The notes under the pieces: model-generated
What the model was told of the DNA's origin: nothing
The model's database searches: none
The model's input: the letters and a program-made list of their open reading frames with translations, nothing else
NCBI GenBank assembly: GCA_964016885.1
Contig: OZ024743.1
Span: forward strand, 370,326,001 to 370,390,000
From: Eledone cirrhosa
Taxonomy: Eukaryota
DNA: 64,000 nucleotides
Reading direction: 5' to 3'
In this document: positions 55,901-64,000 of the stretch, one piece after another
How positions within the stretch are numbered: the first letter of the stretch is position 1
Layout: every line of letters starts with the position of its first letter
Translations under genes and position numbers: made by a program

Positions 55901-58900
55901 ACCGTAATACACCATACAGTAATATACCAGACAGTATTATACCATACAGTAGTACACGATACAGTAATATACCATACAGTAATATACTATACAATAATAC
56001 AACATACAGTAATATACCATACAGTAGTACAACATGAAGTAATACACCATACAGTAATACACCCTATAGTAGGATACCATAAAGTAATACACCATACCAT
56101 ACAGTAATACACCATACAGGAATATACGATAATGTAGTACAACATCCAACAATATATTGTACAGTAATATGCCATAGTGTAATATACCATACAGTAATAC
56201 ATCATAGAGTAATATATAATAGAGTAGTACACCATACAGTATTTTACCATACAGTAACACACTTAGACTAATACACCATACAGTAATATACCATACAGTA
56301 ATATACTATACAGTAATATACCATACTGTAATACACCATACAATAGTATACCATATAGTTATATACCATACAGTAATACACCATGCAGTAACATAGCATA
56401 CAGTAATACACCATACAGTAGTATACCATACAGTAATATACCATATTGTAATTCACCATACAATAGTATACCATATAGTTATATACCATAGAGTAATACA
56501 CCATGCAGTAATACACCATACAGTCATATACCATACAGTAATATACCATACAGTAATATATCATACAGTTATATATCTTACAGTAATATACCACACAGTA
56601 ATACATCATACATCAATACAGTATGCAGTAATACACCGTACAATTATATACCATACAGTAATATCCCATACAGCAATATACCATACAGTAATATACAATA
56701 CAGTAATATACCACACTACAATATACCATACTCTAATATACCATACAGTAATACACCATATAGTAATATACCATACAGTAATATACTATACAGTAATATA
56801 CCATACAGTAATACACCATACAGTAATATAGCATACAGTAATACACCATAAAGCAGTATACCATACAGTAATATATCATACTGTAATACACCATACAATA
56901 GTATACCATATAGATATATACCGTACAGTAATACACCATAGAGTAATACATCATACAGTTATATACCATACAGTAATACATCATAGAGTAATACAGCATG
57001 CAGTAATACACTGTACAGTTATATACCATACAGTAATATACCATACGGTAATATACAATACTATAATATACCATACTGTAATAAACCATAGAGTAATACA
57101 CCATACAGTAATATACCATACAGTAATATACCATACAGCAATATACCATACAGTAATACACCATACAGTAATATACCATAATGTAGTACAACATACAGCA
57201 ATATATTATACAGTAATATGCCATAGTAATACATCATACAGTGATATATCATAGAATAGTACACCATACAGCAATTTACCATACAGTAATATACCAGACA
57301 GTAACACACCATATAGTAATACACCATACAGTAATATACCATTCAGTAATATACCATACAGTAATACACCATACAGTAATATACCATAATGTAGTACAAC
57401 ATACAGCAATATATTATACAGTAATATGCCATAGAGTAATACATCATACAGTGATATATCATAGAATAGTACACCATACAGCAATTTACCATACAGTAAT
57501 ATACCAAACAGTAACACACCATATAGTAATACACCATACCGTAATATACCATACAGTGATATACCATACAGTAGTATACCATACAGTAATATACCATACA
57601 GTAATACACCATACAGTAATATACCATAGAGTAATATAACCATACAGTAATACACCAACAGTAGTATACCATACAGTGATATACCAATCTGTAATACACC
57701 ATAGAGTACTATACCATAGAGTAATACACCAACAGTAGTATACCATACAGTGATATACCAATCTGTAATACACCATAGAGTACTATACCATACAGTTATA
57801 TACCATACAATAATACACCATGCATAATATACGATACAGTTATATACCATACAGTAATATACGATACCGTAACACAACATGCAGCAATACACTATGCAGT
57901 AATACACAATAAGTAATATATCACAGTAATATACCATACCGTAATATACTATAGAGTAATATACCATACAGTAATATACCATACAGCAATATACCATACA
58001 GTAAAACACCATACAGTAATACACCATATAGTAATACACCATGCATTTATACACCATACAGTAATACACCATATAGTAATACACCATGCATTTATACACC
58101 ATACAGTAATACACCATACAGTAATATACCATACAGTACTGTAACATGCAGTAATACACCATACCGTAATATACCATACAATATGTCATACAGTAATACA
58201 CCATACAGTTATATACCTACAGTAATATACCATACAGTTATATACCTTGCAGTAATATACCATACAGTAGTATAACATACAGTAATATACCTTACAGTAA
58301 TATACCATACAGTTATATACAATACAGTAATATACCATACAGTAATACACAATACAGTAATATACCATACAGTAGTACAATATACAGTAATACACCATGT
58401 AGTAATATACCATAGAGTAATATACTATACAGCAATATACCATACGCTAATATACCATACAGTAATATACCATACAGTAATTTTCTATACAGTAATACAC
58501 CATACAGCAATATACCATACAGTAATACACCATATAGTAGTATACCATACAGTAATATATCATGCTGTAATACACCATACAATAGTATACCATATAATTA
58601 TATACCATACTGTATTACACCATGCAGTTATACACCATACAGTTATATACCATACAGTAATATACCATACAGTTATATAGCATACAGTAATATACCTTAC
58701 AGTAATACAGCATACAGTAATACAGCATGCAGTAATACACCATACAGTTATATACCATACAGTTATATACCATACAGTAGTACAACATACAGTTATATAC
58801 CATACAGCAATATACCATTCTGTAGTACAACATGTAGTAATACACCATACAGTAATACACCATAGAGTAATATACCATAAATGAATACACCATACTGTTA

Positions 58901-61900
58901 TATACCATACAGTAATACAACTTACAGTAACACACCATATAGTAATATACCATACAGTAATACACGATACAGCAATATACCATAATGTAGTACAACATAC
59001 AGCAATATATTATACAGTATTATGCCATAGAGTAATACACCATACAGTATTATACCATACTGTAATATACTATACAATAATATACCTTACAGTAATATAC
59101 CATACTGTAATACACCATACACTAGTATACCACACAATAATATACCATACAGTAATATACCGTAGAGTAATATACCATAGTTTAATACACCATACAGCAA
59201 TATACCATACAGTAATACACCATATAGTAGTATACCATACAGTAATATACCATGCTGTAATACACCATACAATAGTATACCATATAGTTATATATCATAC
59301 TGTAATACACCATGCAGTAATACACCATACAGTTATATACCATACAGTAATATTCCATACAGTAAAATACCAGAAGTAATATACAATACAGTAATATACC
59401 ATACAGTAATATACCATAGAGTAATATACCATACATTAATATACCATACAGTAATACAGCATGCAGTAATACACCATACAGTAATATACCATACAGTAAT
59501 ATACCATACAGTAATATACCATACAGTAATACATCATACAGTAATACATTATACAGTAATATACCATACAATAATATACCATACAGTAATATACCATACA
59601 GTAATATACCATACAGTAATACATCATACAGTAATACATCATACAGTAGTATACCATAATGTAGTACAACATACAGCAATCTACCATACTGTAATACACC
59701 ATACAATAGTATACTATATAGTTATATACCATACAATAATACATCATTCAGTAATACACCATACAGTAATATACCCTACAATAATATACTATATAGTAAT
59801 ATTACATACAGTAATATACCATACAGTAATATACTATACAGTTTTACACCATACAGTAATGTATCATACAGTAATATTACATACAGTAAGACACCATACA
59901 GCAATATGCCATTCAGTAATATACCATACAGTAGTACAACATGCAGTAATACACCATACAGTAATATACCATACAGTAATATACCATACAGTAATATACC
60001 ATACAGTAATATAACATACAGTAGTACACCATACAATAATATACCATACAGTAATATACCATGCAGTAATATACCATACAGTTATACACCATACAGCAAT
60101 ATACTATACAGTAATATACCATACATTCATACACCATACAATAATATACCGTACAGTAATATACTATACAGTAGTACAACAGCCAGCAATACACCATACA
60201 GTTATATATCATACAGTAATATTCCATACAGTAGTACAACATACAGCAATACACCATACAGTGATATACCATACAGTAATATACCATAGAGTAATATACC
60301 ATACATTAATATTTTATACAGTCATATACCATACAGTAATATATCATACAGTTATATACCATACTGTAATATACCATACAGTATATACCATAGAGTAATA
60401 TACCATACATTAATATTTTATACAGTCATATACCATACAGCAATACACCATACAGTTATATACCATACTGTAATATACCATACAGTAGTACAACATACTG
60501 TAATACACCATACAGTTATATACCATACAGTTAATTACTATACAGTAATATACCATACAGTAGTACACCATACAGTAATATACCATACTGTAATATACCA
60601 TACGTAATATACCATACAGTAGTACAACATACTGTAATACACCATACAGTTATATACCATACAGTTATATACCATACAGTAATATACCATACAATAATAT
60701 ACCATACAGTAATATACCATACAGTAGTACAACATACAGTAATTCACAATATAGTAATATACCATACAGTAATACACCATACATTAATATACCATACAGT
60801 AATACACCATACAGTAATATACCATACAGTAATATACCATACAGTAATACACCATACAGTAATTTACCATACTGTAATACACCATACAGTAATATACCAT
60901 AGAGTAATTTACCATACAGTAATACACCATACAGTAATATACCATACAGTAATATACCATACAGTAATTTACCATACAGTAATACACCATACAGTAATAT
61001 ACCATAGAGTAATTTACCATACAGTAATTTACCATACAGTAATACACCATACAGTAATATACCATACAGTAATATACCATACAGTTATATACCATACAGT
61101 AATACACCATACAGTTATATACCATGCAGTTGTATACCATACAGTAATATACCATACAGTAATACACCATACAGTAATATACCATACAGTAATACACCAT
61201 ATAGTAATATACCATACAGTTATATACCATACAGTAATACACCATACACTAATATACCATACAGTATTACAACATACAGTAATTCACAATATAGTAATAT
61301 ACCATACAGTAATACACCATACAGTAATATACCATACAGTAATTTACCATACAGTAATACACCATACAGTAATATACCATACAGTAATTTACCATACAGT
61401 AATACACCATACAGTAATATACCATAGAGTAATTTACCATACAGTAATTTACCATACAGTAATACACCATACAGTAATATACCATACAGTAATACACCAT
61501 ACAGTAATATACCATACAGTAATATACCATACAGTTATATACCATACAGTAATACACCATACAGTTATATACCATGCAGTTGTATACCATACAGTAATAT
61601 ACCATACAGTAATATACCATACATTAATATACCATACAGTTATATACCATACAGTAATACACCATACAGTTATATACCATGCAGTTGTATACCATACAGT
61701 AATATACCATACAATAGTACAACATAAGTAATACACTATACAGTAATATACCATAGACTAATACACCATACAGTAATATACCATACCGTAATATACCATA
61801 CAGTAAGACACCATACAGTTATATACCATCAGTAATATACCATACAGTAATTTACCATACAGTAATATACCATACAGTAATACACCATACAGTTATATAC

Positions 61901-62255
61901 CATCAGTAATATACCATACAGTAATATACCATACCGTAATATACCATACAGTAATACACCATACAGTTATATACCATCAGTAATATACCATACAGTAATA
62001 TACCATACCGTAATATACCATACAGTAATACACCATACAGTTATATACCATCAGTAATATACCATACAGTAATTTACCATACAGTAATATACCATACAGT
62101 AATACACCATACAGTTATATACCATCAGTAATATACCATACAGTAATATACCATACAGTAATATACCATACCGTAATATACCATACAGTAATACACCATA
62201 CAGTTATATACCATCAGTAATATACCATACAGTAATTTACCATACAGTAGTACAA
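49968..62255. repeat. Intronic 15-bp satellite CCATACAGTAATA(T/C)A, ~12.3 kb
   Basis: Directly visible. Four further units lie at 49571-49628. It explains all MVYYC / YGILL / YHTVI ORFs. Confidence 0.97.
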
Positions 62256-62833
62256 CTTAAAATAGCACACTATCTGCCATTTGTCGATAAACTCATTTCC
62301 AGGACTACACAGCATTCAAATCACAAATTATGATTACATAAATGAGTTGGGTATGATCTGTAATAATTGCTTTAAATACCAGATCATTGTATCCTAAAAT
62401 TTCTAAAATATATCTCTAGCTCAGAGACTCATCCATGTTTCTATTGCGTTAAGCGACTGGCAGAACAAGCCATCTCTCTGGACTGGATGCCAGTCCATTG
62501 CAGGGTTAAATCCACAGCTATTGCTTGTACGCATTTTCAGCTATCCATACTGCAGCGACATGAAATGATCTGTTTTGTTGTAAAACAAAACATACATCCC
62601 TGGAATCGAACCCACAATATTATCTTTTTAAGTCCAAAACACTGTCTTTTTTAACTGTATGAATTAACAATCCTCACAATCTCATGGATAAATTACTTAA
62701 GAATGGAATATTTTATGGTTAAAAATTGCAAGAAAATAGAGTGAATCTTCAAAAGTATTGATTTATTGTGCAATTATGCAAACGTAATTAATAGAATATT
62801 TTTCTCAAGGGAAATTTTTCGTATTAATTGCAG

Positions 62834-62953
62834 TTTTTAATGGTAACTGCAATTTTAATGAAGACTTTTGCAATTATGTTGTTGAATATGCATATGGAAA
62901 TTTTGGCTGGAAATATGGGTTTATAAATGGATTAGAGGATCATATTGATAAAG
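62834..62953 (+). CDS. SRCR/MAM-domain protein, exon (MAM2 N-part)
   Basis: TTGCAG acceptor and GTATTT donor. FNGNCNFNEDFCNY...FGWK...EDH. Phase 1-1. Confidence 0.8.
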
Positions 62954-63037
62954 GTATTTTTGTTTCATTTATTATTTTTCCATGTTAAAACTTAAACTGT
63001 CAATATTAATTGTATTTACAGTAATAATATTTATTAT

Positions 63038-63408
63038 TATTATTTCTACTTTTGGCACAAGGCTAGCAATTATCCCTGTGCATTACTGGTACTTTATTTT
63101 ATCGACCCCGTAAGGATGAAAGGCAAAATTAACCTCGGCGGGATTTGAACTCAGATCATAAAGGGCCGTAACTCTTTGCTGCAAAGCATGGCGTTCGATC
63201 CTCTACCGATACTGCCAATCCACCAATAATAATAATAATAATTGTTTCTACTTTTGGGTCAAGGCCAGCAATTACCCAGTGCATTACTGGTACTTTATTT
63301 TATCGACCCCGTAAGGATGAAAGGTAAAGTTACCCTCGACGGGATTTGAACTCAGACCATAAAGTAACTATGCTAGAAAGCATGGCGTCCAACCCTCTAC
63401 CGATACTG
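63038..63408 (-). mobile_element. Two tandem SINE copies (same family as 46 kb)
   Basis: High similarity to 46280-46467. Confidence 0.85.
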
Positions 63409-64000
63409 TGGTTTCTTTATTGGCCACAAGTGTTAACATGAAAAAAACATTACAGACGGCACAGGACGATACAAAGTGGGTTTTGGCCATGTAAAAAGGT
63501 TATAAGACAGAAACGTGTAAAAACAAATTCTAAAAAATTTCAAAAGACAAAAATTCCCCCTAATGGGAGCAGCCTCCCAGAGTCACTCGTGGCGAAAACC
63601 ACATAAAAGACCCGGCCACCCTGACCACCAGGGCAAGCACCCTCTCTCAGTTTTCCCACTCCTCAGTTTACAGGTGCATACTCAGAGTGGGCCGGTTCAC
63701 TCGGACCAGACTCATCGCTTTCACCCACCTTTCAACAAACTTACTGGAAGACAGCACTTGCCTCTCCACCCTCATTTTCCTCTTCAAGTGAAACTTGAGA
63801 AAGTTAATTAGGGATTGGCCGGAGAGGAAAGTGTCCGTCTTCAACCCTTTCAACCTTGTCCACCACACAATCTCTTTCGCTATGGCCAACAGGTAGATAA
63901 AAACTGCCTGCCCTTCCCCCTCTTTAAAGGAGGATGGCGGGGCTATCCACACAATGGACTCAGTCGATAACCCGATCTGTCCTACACGCGTCAGCAGCTG
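63409..64000 (-). mobile_element. Tx1/L1-like LINE 3' end (continues beyond the window)
   Basis: AKEIVWWTRLKGL...KFVERWVK is homologous to the C-terminus of the 43 kb ORF. The 3' UTR is shared with 10100-10380. Confidence 0.88.

Noticed and set aside
49919-61754. Dozens of MVYYC / YGILL / YHTVI ORFs, superficially like reflectin or other Tyr-rich proteins
   Set aside because: Translations of the 15-bp intronic satellite, with frequent frameshifts and stops in all frames.

Overview
Eukaryotic, AT-rich, repeat-dense animal DNA, probably cephalopod (Octopus-like, inferred from the SINE families). No prokaryotic genes, CRISPR or rRNA are present. Most long ORFs in the track are artefacts of stop-free tandem repeats. 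The only host gene I can support is a + strand multi-exon gene: six GT-AG exons at 33681-62953, with consistent phases, encoding one SRCR domain, one MAM domain and the start of a second MAM domain. The rest is transposons and repeats: three Tx1/L1-like LINE copies, RTE and CR1-like LINEs, a Helitron, several Penelope-like elements (PLEs) and tRNA-derived SINEs. The tandem arrays are a 48-bp array, a triplet-based array inside a LINE ORF1, and a ~12 kb 15-bp intronic satellite. Highlights: (1) five hammerhead-ribozyme motifs in PLE-type elements inserted in (TA)n, including a ~319-bp retrozyme-like unit; (2) a young sense-strand LINE whose 20-bp target-site duplication (TSD) copies the host splice acceptor; (3) a >5 kb minus-strand E/K-rich repeat reading frame missing from the ORF track; (4) an in-frame RT-less Tx1 derivative.
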